64,000 bases of DNA from Calcarisporiella thermophila CBS 279.70 (Eukaryota > Fungi > Calcarisporiellomycota), in assembly GCF_041956535.1 (NCBI RefSeq), contig NW_027192215.1:1-64000 (forward strand). Direction: 5' to 3'. Positions 10,844 through 22,728 of the stretch are shown piece by piece (the first letter of the stretch is position 1; every line of letters starts with the position of its first letter). The position numbers and the translations under genes are program-made. The notes below the pieces were generated by a model, which saw only the letters and a list, made by a program, of their open reading frames with translations, was not told the DNA's origin and ran no database searches.

Positions 10844-12975
10844 ATGCTCAGACTTACACATCACTCATTGAACCGGGTACAAAATCACCCCAAAAAATCT
10901 CGTACCCAGCTCGCGTGTTGTGGATGTCGAGGGAAAAAGCTTAAATGTGATGGTAATCTCAGTGGATGTTCACGTTGCAAATCGCGAAACATTCCGTGCA
11001 TATATCCCCTAACATTAACCCGAAGGGGACGCCCAGCCAACAATTTGGACGGTTGGTCTGGGAGTAAGCTTATCAACTTTAGCTATAGTAAAAAAGAAAG
11101 CTACGGATACATCATCCATTCAACCATGATGCAACTCGATCGAATGCTATTTGGATTAACAGTGAAGTATACAAGTGGAATGTACAATATTTTGTTCCTC
11201 GCTGTTTTAACAAATGCTTCTTTTCACAGCCTGGATTAACACAATCTACTTCCATCCGGCCGATTTGGAATCGTCCATGGGCAAAGTCAATAGAGTTTAA
11301 ACGCTTTCCTGGTTTATACTTTAGCCAAGACGATCACCTGGGTATCCTGATCGAAAAAATGAGTTCCTTATGTGTTGGCGAATCTGTCAAGAAGAGCTTC
11401 CCTCGTTTCGTCGAGAGAGCGGTCAAAATTGAGCAGTCAGCCTCTCTTTTCGCCCGGCGTGATCCTCTAAAATCAATCAATATGTCTCTAGGGATTTCTC
11501 TTATTGACGAGTGGTTTTATAAGCATATTAACCCGCAACCACTGGTGCTCAATCGCACCATCACGATCAAGGAATACTGCGAGCAGCGAATCGATCCGTT
11601 CCTTTATGCGACACTTTTTGGAAAAATACTGGCCGTGAATGAGGATGAACGAACACGCCTCAACGGAGAGATACTCATTGACTATGCATTTTCTATTTTG
11701 GAAACCGAGCCGTACCGTGCTACACTTTCCAGGCTGCAGGGCCTCTACATTCTGGCTGGCCACATGAATTACCTGGGCGATTCTAAAAAATGCTCAGCGC
11801 TTAATAGATTGGCGTTGAGGGTTGCGAAAGACCTACGTATTCCAGAACAAGATTCGAGTGAATTCAATGAGATCCTGGACCCTGCCGAACGCGAACTCCG
11901 CAATAATATCTGGTGGGCGCTACGCAGCGTATTCACATGGGAAGCCTTTCATTTAGGGAATAGTATAGATATGGAGCTCATCACGGCACCGATCCAACTT
12001 CCTGTCAAAAGCGAGAAAGAATCGGTGCTTTTTGCGCTTGACCAGAACAACGGCTATACCCTGTTTCAGCAAGAGCACGCACACATGATCCGCACCTCCT
12101 TCAATTTCGCTTGTCTGAACGTTTTCTTGGCGGAAGTATGGCAATGCATCACCTCGACTCTTTCCACCACTTCTAATTTAGCTACGAACGAATTGACTAG
12201 CGTGAACGAAGCAATTCAACCTCACCACCCCATCTCGCTCTTGTCCTCTCTATTAACGCGATCACTAACGGACTACACTGTCAATTTGGATCCGGAATAT
12301 GCTGCAGAGCAACTTCTCTATCTCTATACACTGATGATCCATGTTCACTTTTTGAAACCCCACCACGACTCCCCCATCTCGCTTAATATCAGCACTGTCA
12401 TCCACTGCACTTTTTACGCGAACGCAGTCGTCAACTTAGCCGAGATTGTGCTTGAGGATCCTGAGAGTTTACCAGCACAACCCGTCGTGGCATTCGGGCT
12501 AAATACATGCGTCTTTTTGTATTCTCTTGTCTTGAAAGCGAAAATTCGCACCCTACGTGATGAGGCCCTACTTAATCTGAACAGAATCCTACAATTCTTC
12601 AGAACCAAGATCGTCGTTTTTAAGGAGGAAGATAGTATGAAAACAATTGAAAACATACTCGCTGACGCTGAGTTGTCTTCACTAGAGGAGCTAAATGAAT
12701 CCTCTACAATAATTCCAATCATGGCTCCAGCAGTGAGTTTGAGACCTCTATCGCCTGTTGAGAGCAGAAATAAAGACGCATCACCACTTTCGACGGTACC
12801 CATTTTTCTGGTACGTGATATAACCGCGCCGGAAGCAGAGGAGGAACTATCGAGACCATCCTTAGCGTGGTCAGACTCCCTGGAACCTCAGCGTGGGAGT
12901 TCAGATGGGAGTATAGGCTTGGATGATATAGCATTGGACTATCTTTTACAGCCACTCCAGCTGGATATCATATAG
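10844..12975 (+). CDS. Zn2Cys6 binuclear-cluster transcription factor with fungal-specific TF domain, 2 exons
   Basis: ACCGCRGKKLKCDGNLSGCSRCKSRNIPC.Y. A predicted intron at 11162-11229 restores frame and lies at the same position as in the paralog at 28778. MHR motif ERELRNNIWW. Confidence 0.88.
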
Positions 12976-13690
12976 CTTTTGTTATTGATACACTGCAGCT
13001 CATATGATTTTCGATTCCGAAGCTCCCCCCTTCCCCCTCTTTGCTGCTAATTCCATTGACATCTACTCCTAAATGGGATTCAATACCCACGATTGTTTTA
13101 AATAGTTTTGAAAGTTCGCCTGGTCGAGCTAGAAAATGGGAACAAGGCAGGGTTGAGTATTATTATGTAAATCCATTTAAAGAGATGCCTAGATATGAGC
13201 GCCATAGGACCTCAAATCACTGCTTCCTTATACAGGCCCCCTGCTTTTAGGATTATGTGCGCGGTTAAATGTTCATTTATCACCAGTTTTTGTATAATTC
13301 TATCCCTTTGTTTCATTTTTTTTTAATGCTGCTAACTTCCACTGTATTTTCATGTTCTATAATATTCTGTGCAAATTAAATCATTGTCTTGTGGACCAGT
13401 TTATTCATGACAATGTCTAATGTTTCGAAATAGGAAATACATGTCAACCAGCACAGGGTACTATTAAGAAAGATATGGCGCTGAATAAATTCACGCTGAA
13501 CTATCTTCTTTTAGAAGAGGCGGAGCTCCCCCGTAGCACTGTGGTTGACTACCAGTGTCTGTTGATCATCCCCACATATTTAGCTGCAATCTAGGGGTGC
13601 TGTTCTCATATAACAATTTCCCCTATTCAAAGCAAGCGAACTATGATATTGGCAACTTTTGTGGTTGATAAGAGCCTGCATCATCTCTCG

Positions 13691-15867
13691 CTAGAAGGGT
13701 TTGAGCGCAAGCCGTCTTAACTTAGGCATTCTCATTAGCTCCAATTCCTCCTTCGAAAACACTCGTGGCCTCATCTCCTCTAATGCCTCTGCAATTCGTT
13801 GGGCTAGCCAGTGTTCAATCACACCCCTATGGGAGAGCGAGAATAGCAATCTGAGAGCCTGAGCGAGCTCCTGAAAAACCCTGCGTCGCACTGGGATACT
13901 TGGATGTTCATGGGATATGAACTTACAATTCTCACATACCAGCTGAGCGCATATAAATGGAGAGCCTTTGCACCAGTTTCTGGCCCGAATGGAACGATGC
14001 AACGACGCGATACAGTGGGAGAGACCCTGTTGAATAAATTCGTAACACCAACAGCAAGAATCCTCTTGCTATGCTTTGTTCCATACCTTGACATACTCGT
14101 CTAGTGCCTTTGCTCGCAGTTGCTGCATCGAGTCCGAATTGAATCTGCTGGGAGGCGCATCGGATTTGATAAATTGCTGCCAAAGGGAGCACCAGTAGAT
14201 CCAAAACGAAAATACAGAGTTAAACGAATAACATTGATCCATAGTATGCTCGTCGCAGTACTGCTTCACCTCGTTCAGATATCTCTGAAGAGAGATTGCG
14301 ATGCTGATGAGCTGCTGGGTGATGGTTAAGTCGGAATTTGACCAATCAAACCCCCTGATCTCATATATTCTGGAGGTGGTTATGATGTGTAGCATCAAGA
14401 GAAGCTATGATTATAGCTTAAGCGTAAAAGAGCGAGATTAGAAATGAACCGGGGTGACATCCATTACCAGCATCAGCTTGTATCGCACGCCGTCATTCGA
14501 GTAGATGGTGGGCTTGGGAGAGTTTTTGATCACATCGAAGCTAACCAATCCTGGTTTGTCAAAATCGAAACTGTACAACAGTTCGCGTTTACAGATAAAG
14601 GCCCTTTGACGATAAAAAAAGCATCGATGGAATTTAACAGTTAAGCTGGTCATGGTAGGTCAATACTTGGTTCTACATTCGCTCACCAGATTCTTCTTTG
14701 AAATTCCCTTTGTTCAGGATCCATTTCCCTTGGCGCGTCCTTATCCATTTGTACCGTGAGAGCCATCAGTACAGCTTGGGTGTGGTATTTGTGCGCATCG
14801 TCAAAACGAGCAAGCCAGACCATACATCTTTCCATGTTGAGGAAAGCGAGCACCGCGTAGAGAGAAGGAGAATCGAAGATGTCCTCTAAGGATTGTCTTG
14901 CTTGTGCAAGTATGCTTCTCATGGAAAGGTGAACTTGACGCATTAGAGGCGACTGCGGATGGGCCAGTACTAAATGAACAGCCGAGCAGGCGATGGCAGT
15001 GTGGATCAGTGCAGGCTCGAGTTCCCCTCGATAGTAACTTTCAAGAAAGGAAATCCGATTCGGGTGCATTGCGAATGTAATGCAGTCGCTCAAGTATATA
15101 TGAAAGAGCCGGTCTGTAAGCTCACGGCTGATTTTGAGAGATTTTGCGGGCCATTGAAGATCTCTATCTTTGATGGGTACCGGAAATGAACATAACACGA
15201 AGATCGGGAGGGATCGAGGAGGATGATTAAAATCGCCAGATGGGGGAATATTGAACTGGAATGGCTGGTCGGGTAGAGAAGAGGCGGCAACCACGAATTG
15301 AGCACTTAGAAGGCGTTGCAGATCAGCTAGAGAATTTAATTGAAGCTGAAAGCGCAGAGCATTAGCAGTCATTAGGAAGCCCCAGGTCTCATTTCGTTCC
15401 CGAGGATGGGTCCCAGATTGCTCAGCATCATTCCCTATAGGCACTGGCAATGGGTAGCGTGCCAGCGCCTCGCAAGGTTGAGGAGGAGCAGAGCATGGAT
15501 CGACGTTGCCATGATGAAATGTTCCCATCCTGATGTCTGAATGTAGAAATATACTACGCAGTGCCTCGCTTGCCTGAAACTCCGAATAAGCGGAGCAACC
15601 TAAAAAATATTCGTGCAATGGGGCTCTTTCAGTTTCCAGGAACAGAAGGGGAAGTGACGTGCCTGTTCCGTTTTGAGCAAATTCTAAATTGGGATTCGCA
15701 GTACTGCACAGAGAGGTGGGGATGCCGGCAAGCTGCAATTCCGGCTCGATGGTTGCCGGCGCATTTCGCTCGAAACCCGGACCACGTGGGGGGCGGAGGC
15801 CAATCGAGCTTGGGCACACCTCAAAATCTCGGCCGATGCCCCTCAGCTTGAGAAGCAGAGCTTGCAT
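13691..15867 (-). CDS. Fungal-specific transcription factor (MHR) domain protein, 4 exons; no recognisable zinc cluster; start codon uncertain
   Basis: Predicted introns at 14686-14604, 14467-14405 and 14086-14027 join the ORF pieces in frame. Motifs FL..YY.G.LEPALIH and A..MA....M.KD....DP..REFQRRIW. Confidence 0.72.
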
Positions 15868-16033
15868 TAGAGTTAAGGCTTCCCGGTTCTCGAACCTCCG
15901 GCTGAGTCATTGGTCATAAGCCACCGATTGGATGAGTAAGGACGCGGGCTGGATCTCGTTTAGCCATATACTTATATACCCAAATGAAGGGGAAGCCTAG
16001 TCTGGAATACAAGGCTACAGCCAGAGGTTCCCA

Positions 16034-17052
16034 ATGCCCAACCCATTAAAGCCTCTTGTAGTAATATGCGGCGCCACCGGTGCTCAAGGCGGCTCTGTCC
16101 TCAATGCTCTTCTTGCATCCCAAAAATATCATTTGCGCGCTCTGACGCGTAACCCTAGCTCTCCAACCGCTAAAGAGCTCGCTTCTCGCGATGTCGAGGT
16201 CAAGGGATGTGATTTCTCCAATCGAAAAGATCTGCAGAATGCTTTTGCGGGCGCATACGCAGTGTTTGCTATGACTAATTACTTCGATCTGGTTCCGAGT
16301 CATTCCGATCCCAAATCCGAGGAAGAACAGGGGAAACAAATGGCAGACGTCGCATTAGAGGTGGGAGTACAACATTACATTTGGAGGTGAGTGGGAAGAG
16401 CTGCAATTATAATTCTACCGACTTAAGGAAGAACACCGGCTGATGTTTTGCTGGCTTGATTGTTAGCTCGCTGGAAGACATTGAAAAAGCATCCAACGGC
16501 AAGTACAAGAATGTGCACCACTTCATTAATAAGGCTCGTGTTGAGGACTATATCAAGCAAACCAAGCTCCCGTATACCGCGATAAAAATAGCATTCTACT
16601 ATGAAAATTTTGTTAAGTTTTTCCCTCCCCAGAGAGCCCAGAACGGCCAGCTTGTTTTATCTAACCCAATGAGGCCCAACGTCAAGCTTCCAATGATCTC
16701 GGCAACCTATGATGTTGGACCTGCGGTGGCTGAGATTCTCGAGGATCGCGATCAGTATCTCGGAAAGGTTCTCGACTTAGCTGGAGAAGCATACACTCTC
16801 GTGGAGATTGCCGAGATCATGTCACGCGTTTCAGGCCAGCAGGTCCATTACAATTATGTGCCTCCAGAAAAACTAGACCAGGAGCTCCCGTATATTGCCT
16901 CGGATCCCAATCTTTATGAGGCATTCGGATTCCACAATGACTTTGGATTTTTTTCTGGCCGTGATTTCAAAAAGTCGCGCATGGTGCGCCACCGATTTCT
17001 AACTTTCCAGGAATATCTTAAAAAGATTGGGTGGACAGGACCCCATCCTTAA
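16034..17052 (+). CDS. NmrA-like (NMRAL1/HSCARG-type) NAD(P)-binding protein, 2 exons
   Basis: GATGAQGGSV, RALTRNPSS, AFAGAYAVFAMT and VHHF.NK. Intron 16387-16466 gives IWSSL across the junction. Confidence 0.92.
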
Positions 17053-17483
17053 TTCAATCCCACTTGTAGAGATAAACTCCATTTTGAAATTTCTGTGTAT
17101 GTATTCTTGACCCTATCTAAGCATTAAATTTTCTTATATGTCTTTGTTATATTTAGAATATCCTACCAGAGATTTCTGGTACCGCGCTGGAAATTTATGG
17201 TAATGGTTATGGTTGAAAATAAACCAACGAACCAAAATTGCTACCTGTGCTGTTGACATTGTGATATATCAGTAAGCTTGATATATTTTAAAACGCAAAT
17301 GTTTTTTTTTGTTGTCGTAGAGATTGGTAATAGCTGCCTCAACACCTCCAATATGATGAGTTGAATAAGATTTACCATTTTATAATTCTATAGTTTGATG
17401 ATGGTCTACGTATGTTTGTAAAATATACTTTAGTATTTATTTATTACCAAATAATCATTACACATTTTCATTATACATGTCAA

Positions 17484-17858
17484 TTAAGAGCATTCAAATA
17501 CTTGTGCACTTGAGCAGGAGCCAATGTCCATGACTCTTGCACTACAAGACTGGTATGGTGAGCAGGGCGTAACTCGACAGTCAGAGTTGTTTATGCAGAT
17601 ATGCCGTGCTACGCCATGTTCAGCGTCACAACTCCTACAACTCTGTCCAGAGGGACACCCTTTGATTTTACAATCATCAATGCATTCGTATTTGTCTGGC
17701 ACTTGGAAAAAAGGTGATTTTTCAGAAGTGTCTTCACAAATTTGTCCGTAGGGGCATCCCGATGTTCTGCAGTCCTTTTTTCCGCTGCAGCTAGTCACTC
17801 CCTTGGAATAGAGGGCGATGGTGAGCAAGGTAATATAGAGCAAAGTAGACTTGTACAT
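17484..17858 (-). CDS. Small secreted cysteine-rich repeat protein (124 aa)
   Basis: Signal peptide MYKSTLLYITLLTIALYSKGVTS. Contains 15 Cys and three DCxxxxCxxxQxC repeats. Confidence 0.75.
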   Translation of the reverse strand: MYKSTLLYITLLTIALYSKGVTSCSGKKDCRTSGCPYGQICEDTSEKSPFFQVPDKYECIDDCKIKGCPSGQSCRSCDAEHGVARHICINNSDCRVTPCSPYQSCSARVMDIGSCSSAQVFECS

Positions 17859-18505
17859 ATTTGCAACGAACAGTAGAATCCAAAAGCAATTTTGTTCGTT
17901 TTTAACAAATAATGCCGGGCTTTTTATCTTGGGGGCATTTAGAGATCCGCGGTTCTTAATAACTGCAAGGGTCATTATTGTAGTCCACGATTTTCACTAG
18001 GTTGAATTTAGTAATTCGTGTAAATGGAATTTTATACTGATCATTGAAGGGTCATGATAGGAGAGAATGCGCCCTCTTCTACAATCTTAACATTCGATGA
18101 AGTCGACTTGCAATTGGCTTAGGGATTGAAAATATGGCTTCGATGATGATAATAAGATATAGGCTCCAGATATGAACTAAATATGAACTAGACACTGACA
18201 AAGTCGAATAAGGATATTACTTGCTGTGTAATACTAAACTCCTCCTGGAGATTATAAAAAAGTACACCCCCTTAATTTGTAAACACTAGAACCTCCTAGT
18301 TCGATAACACTATATGATGTCAGACTAGATGTGTTTTGTGTTCAGAGTTGAAGAAGTCTCTGATCTCAACCTGAAAATCATAAATATGGCTTTAAAGAAA
18401 CATTAAAATTCTCCGGTTCACTGCCAGATTTATTCTTGAATGGAAGTTAGATTAAACCAAGGTTCATCTCAAAAGACGGGAGATAAATCCCCATTGTCAA
18501 AGATA

Positions 18506-20080
18506 TTAATATCGACTGCGGAGTGAATCTAAAAAGGTGCATCGCTCATCCATAATATCGTAAGGATCCGGTTCCAACATAAGCCCAGGCTCTTGAAGCA
18601 CTATGCGCTGATCACTTGAAGCATATTCCGGCCACTGCAGCTGATTTTTGCAGTTGGGGTCGCCGTTTATGGCAAAGCATACCCAATAGTTGACCATTTC
18701 CTTGGACAACTTCAAATCGCTCTTTGAGAAGACGATGGTGTAGGGCGTCTGGGATATACTTCCTGGCCACAGGTATGAATTTTCAAATGCATGACCCGCG
18801 TTGAACGGACGCGGACCCAGTTTCATCAGGATGGTCTTTTGGTTGAATCGATATCGATAACGCTTATTTTTAGCATGCTTCGCCAACAAATACTCTGGGC
18901 ACTTGAACAATACATCACCTATCACGTCCACCGCGCGGGCATACGATGATGTGTAGTCTTTCTCTCGATATATTAGGCCAAGCTGCCTGACATCCTTATC
19001 CTGAATCCCTGGAATCAGCCCGCGAAGAATCTGTGTCCAGTCTCCGAATGGATTGTATACAAAGGTCATGAAAGAGGTGGCCTCATCGGTCGTGACCCCT
19101 GACAGTATGGGTATAGGTGAGATGCTTCCTTCTCTCAACATATCACCTGGATCTTTAGCGATAACTTTGCCATCCACAACGGGGCTAGTTGGAACTAGGT
19201 TAATAAAGAGCTCCACTGGCCCTCGGATGAGTTTATAGGTTGAGAGAAGATATGGCCAAGACACTTTTTGCATGCACTCGATGACTTTGGAAGATTCCCT
19301 GCTGACACACCCCAGCCTATGCACGATTTTATCCAGGGCAACCTGATAATACTTCACATCCCCAATCATGGTGGTTGGTCCAGCAGATTGTAGGATAGCT
19401 TTATGAAAAGGGCGAGCTGTGGAGTTGTGATAATGGAGTAGGTGTAAACCAATGGCTCCAGCTCCGGAAGATACTCCCCATAGAGTTACATCTTCTGGAT
19501 TCCCCCCGAAGAGGCGGATATACTTTTGCACCCACTCGAATGCCAGCCGCTGATCAAGCAATTGTAAATTGGCAGCCCCCTCTTTCATTCCGGCCTCTGT
19601 CGAGAAAAATCCGAAGATATTGAGTCGAAAATTGATACTCACAACAACCACCGAGTTTTCTGCAGCCTTCAAAAAATCCCCTCCGTCGTAGGTGGATGCT
19701 CCGCCAAATTCATAGGTCCCTCCGAAAATCCATAGCATCACGGGGAGCGGTTTATCGGGGTTCATGTTGGGGGTCCATACGTTGACCGTAAGGCAATCCT
19801 CATCCATCAAAAAAGGAACAGGCACTACCTGCGGACACATGGGACCAAACTTAGTTGCGTCAAAAAGTCTGTTTGATTTTGCTGGCGGCTGCGGCGGTCT
19901 GAAGCGAAGGTCCTTAATTGGGGGTTGGGCATATGGTATCCCCAAGAATTGGTACACCCCATCTCTTTCAAGTCCCTTAAATATACCGTTATCAAGCGTC
20001 ACTAGCAATTTCTCTTTTGAATACGCACATTTCGCACCAAGAATAAATAAAATGAGTATATATGTACAAATGGAATACAT
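18506..20080 (-). CDS. Secreted carboxylesterase type B / lipase, tandem copy 1
   Basis: FLGIPYAQPP..DLRFRPP, EDCLTVNVWTP, FGGNPEDVTLWGVSSG, acid residue in TTDEA and His in AGHAFE. Signal peptide; intronless. Confidence 0.93.
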   Translation of the reverse strand: MYSICTYILILFILGAKCAYSKEKLLVTLDNGIFKGLERDGVYQFLGIPYAQPPIKDLRFRPPQPPAKSNRLFDATKFGPMCPQVVPVPFLMDEDCLTVNVWTPNMNPDKPLPVMLWIFGGTYEFGGASTYDGGDFLKAAENSVVVVSINFRLNIFGFFSTEAGMKEGAANLQLLDQRLAFEWVQKYIRLFGGNPEDVTLWGVSSGAGAIGLHLLHYHNSTARPFHKAILQSAGPTTMIGDVKYYQVALDKIVHRLGCVSRESSKVIECMQKVSWPYLLSTYKLIRGPVELFINLVPTSPVVDGKVIAKDPGDMLREGSISPIPILSGVTTDEATSFMTFVYNPFGDWTQILRGLIPGIQDKDVRQLGLIYREKDYTSSYARAVDVIGDVLFKCPEYLLAKHAKNKRYRYRFNQKTILMKLGPRPFNAGHAFENSYLWPGSISQTPYTIVFSKSDLKLSKEMVNYWVCFAINGDPNCKNQLQWPEYASSDQRIVLQEPGLMLEPDPYDIMDERCTFLDSLRSRY

Positions 20081-21153
20081 AACTAAAAATTTATATCATC
20101 GATAAATAATTTCACGCTGTGACAGTTTGTATAGCAATATAATGTCAGAAATTAATGAATATTCGATATTTTCTTATATTGCTATGTTGGACAATAAGGG
20201 CATGGTGGTTAATGAATCTCGAAAATAAAAACTTGCGAATATCTCTGCTAGTTATAAAGAGATCCATGTCACCGAAAAATTATTGATTGGCTATGTATGG
20301 TAGAGAAGACAAGGGTGATGATTCAATGAGCCGACAAACTGTTAAACTACCTAATAATGGACAATCAATTCTAAATTCAATACACCGAGAGACAACCAAA
20401 TTGATCGAAACAAGGGTCGTATATTTGATAATTACGAATAGAGTAATTTTAGGTGAGTTCTGGGAAACAAGTGCAATTATTTTTTATATCTCTCGCATAA
20501 ACTCCATGAATAATTGACGGACTCGTCTTAATATTCTATTCAAGAGATATACTTTTTAATTTTTAAGCTTAACAATATCTCCATACAACCTAATGTATGT
20601 AATGTAATATATGTTTTCTTAATTGAATGATTAGCTATATTAAGCTAGAAATATATTATCTCAACAGATTCCACATACAACACTTATCTCTATATTACCC
20701 TAAAAAAATTAGTTATGATATTTGTTTAGTTTGTTCTTCTCAAACTTTGAAATCTCTTGGCTCAAACTACAGTTCTTCCACTATATCAACCAAAAATGGA
20801 TGGAACTATTAATTCCAAAAGCATCGAAAGCTGAAATTCGAAACTCGAAATATAACAGTGAAAATATCATCATATCATTCTCCATAATATAGTATACGTT
20901 AGTTTTTATATGGTTGCAGTTGGTAACCATTACTGATTCCAAATATATCTTCACGAGCTGAGCTTTCAGGCATTCAGATGAATTTAATGGTTTCAAGAGT
21001 CTTGCTATTTTGAAAATTAAAAAAAAGAAAATGTTGAAATTTTCCAGGAAGTTTATGCAAGAACAACTCGATAAAAGAATATGTAAATGCACCAGTAGCA
21101 GAGATGAAGAAACAGAAATACAAAACAATATTACATTGATAAACGCGAATAGG

Positions 21154-22728
21154 TTAATATTTATTGCGAAGATAATCTAAATAATCACACTTTTCATCCA
21201 TAATATTCACTGGGTCCAGCTCTAAACTGAGGCCCGGTTCTTGAAGTACAATTCGTTTTCGAGTCGTTGTATAATCTGGCCATTCTAACTGATCCTTGCA
21301 GTTTGGATTACCGGTTTTGGCAAAACAAACCCAGTAGTTAATTATCTCTTTAGAGAGAATCCAGTCGCTCTTAGTAAAAACCAATGTCAACGGCTTGACA
21401 GTCAGTGTGTCCGGCCATAGATATGCTATATCCAGTGAATGACCAGCATGTAATGGGCGCGGACCTAACTTCAGAAGCACCGTCTCTTGATTAAACCGAT
21501 AACGATAATGTTTACTTATTGCGTATTTAGCCAATAAGTGTTCCGGACATTTAAACAATATATCGCCCATTAGCTCAACTGCTCGAGTATACCCCGACGA
21601 ATATTGATTCTCCGGATAATATGTACTTAATTTTTTGATATCTTGCTCTTGTATTCCTGGGACTATTCCGCGAAGAATCTGTGTCCAGTCCCTAAATGGA
21701 TTATAGATGATCATCATGAATATAGAGGCCTCATTAGTAGTTATTCCGGATAATATTGGTATGGGTGAAATGAAGCCTTCTTTTAACATATCCCCCGGTT
21801 TCATTGGAAGAAGAACGCCATCGACAATCGGACTGGTGGGAACACTGGATATCAATAACTCTACAGGTCCTCGGATCAGCTTATAAGTGGACAGTAGTAC
21901 GGGCCAAGATATTTTTTGCATGCATTCGATTAACTTTGTAGAATTACTACTTGTACAGCCTAACCTGCGAACTACTTTATCGAGTACGCTCTGATAATAT
22001 CTCGCATCGCCGATCATTGTGGTTGGACCAGCGGACATCATTATTGCCTTATGAAATGGTCGACTTGTCGAGTTGTGATACATGAGAAGATGCAATCCAA
22101 TTGCACCTGCTCCCGAAGATTCACCAAATAATGTGACATCCTTTGGGTTTCCTCCAAATAGGTGAATATTTTTCTGCACCCATTCGAGGGCAAATTGCTG
22201 ATCATTAAGTTGAATATTGGCAGCCCCCTCTTTTATCCCCGCTTCAGTTGCAAAGTAGCCGAAAATATTAGAGCGAAAATTGATACTCACGAGTACAACT
22301 GAGTTTCCTGTTGTTCTCACAAAACCTTCCCCATTATACGAACTTGAATCCCCAAATTCATAAGTTCCACCAAATACCCACACCATCACAGGATATGGAT
22401 GACCAGGCGTCATATCAGGAGTCCATACATTGAGCGTTAGACAATCTTCGTCCATTAGATATGGAATAGGGAGGAACTGAGGGCACATCGGCCCAAACTT
22501 CGTAGCTTCTTTAAGCCGATTAGATCTGGTTGGGGGTTGCGGTGGCCTGAAGCGAAGGTCCTTGACCGGAGGTTCAGCATACGGAACTCCTAAGAATTGG
22601 TACAAACCATTTTTCTTAAATCCCTTGAATACTCCATTTTCGAGCACTACTCTAGCCTCTTCTTGCGCATATGCATATTTCAGGTGGATGTTAAGTAGAA
22701 ATAGAATATAGACACATATGGAATACAT
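21154..22728 (-). CDS. Secreted carboxylesterase type B / lipase, tandem copy 2
   Basis: 524 aa from MYSICV, the same length as copy 1. Motifs EDCLTLNVWTP, GESSG, TTNEA and AGHSLD. Confidence 0.93.
   Translation of the reverse strand: MYSICVYILFLLNIHLKYAYAQEEARVVLENGVFKGFKKNGLYQFLGVPYAEPPVKDLRFRPPQPPTRSNRLKEATKFGPMCPQFLPIPYLMDEDCLTLNVWTPDMTPGHPYPVMVWVFGGTYEFGDSSSYNGEGFVRTTGNSVVLVSINFRSNIFGYFATEAGIKEGAANIQLNDQQFALEWVQKNIHLFGGNPKDVTLFGESSGAGAIGLHLLMYHNSTSRPFHKAIMMSAGPTTMIGDARYYQSVLDKVVRRLGCTSSNSTKLIECMQKISWPVLLSTYKLIRGPVELLISSVPTSPIVDGVLLPMKPGDMLKEGFISPIPILSGITTNEASIFMMIIYNPFRDWTQILRGIVPGIQEQDIKKLSTYYPENQYSSGYTRAVELMGDILFKCPEHLLAKYAISKHYRYRFNQETVLLKLGPRPLHAGHSLDIAYLWPDTLTVKPLTLVFTKSDWILSKEIINYWVCFAKTGNPNCKDQLEWPDYTTTRKRIVLQEPGLSLELDPVNIMDEKCDYLDYLRNKY

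Noticed and set aside
14646-14686. Alternative 41-nt intron in the MHR gene
   Set aside because: The 83-nt intron (to 14604) restores the conserved RRIW and has a branch site and pyrimidine tract.
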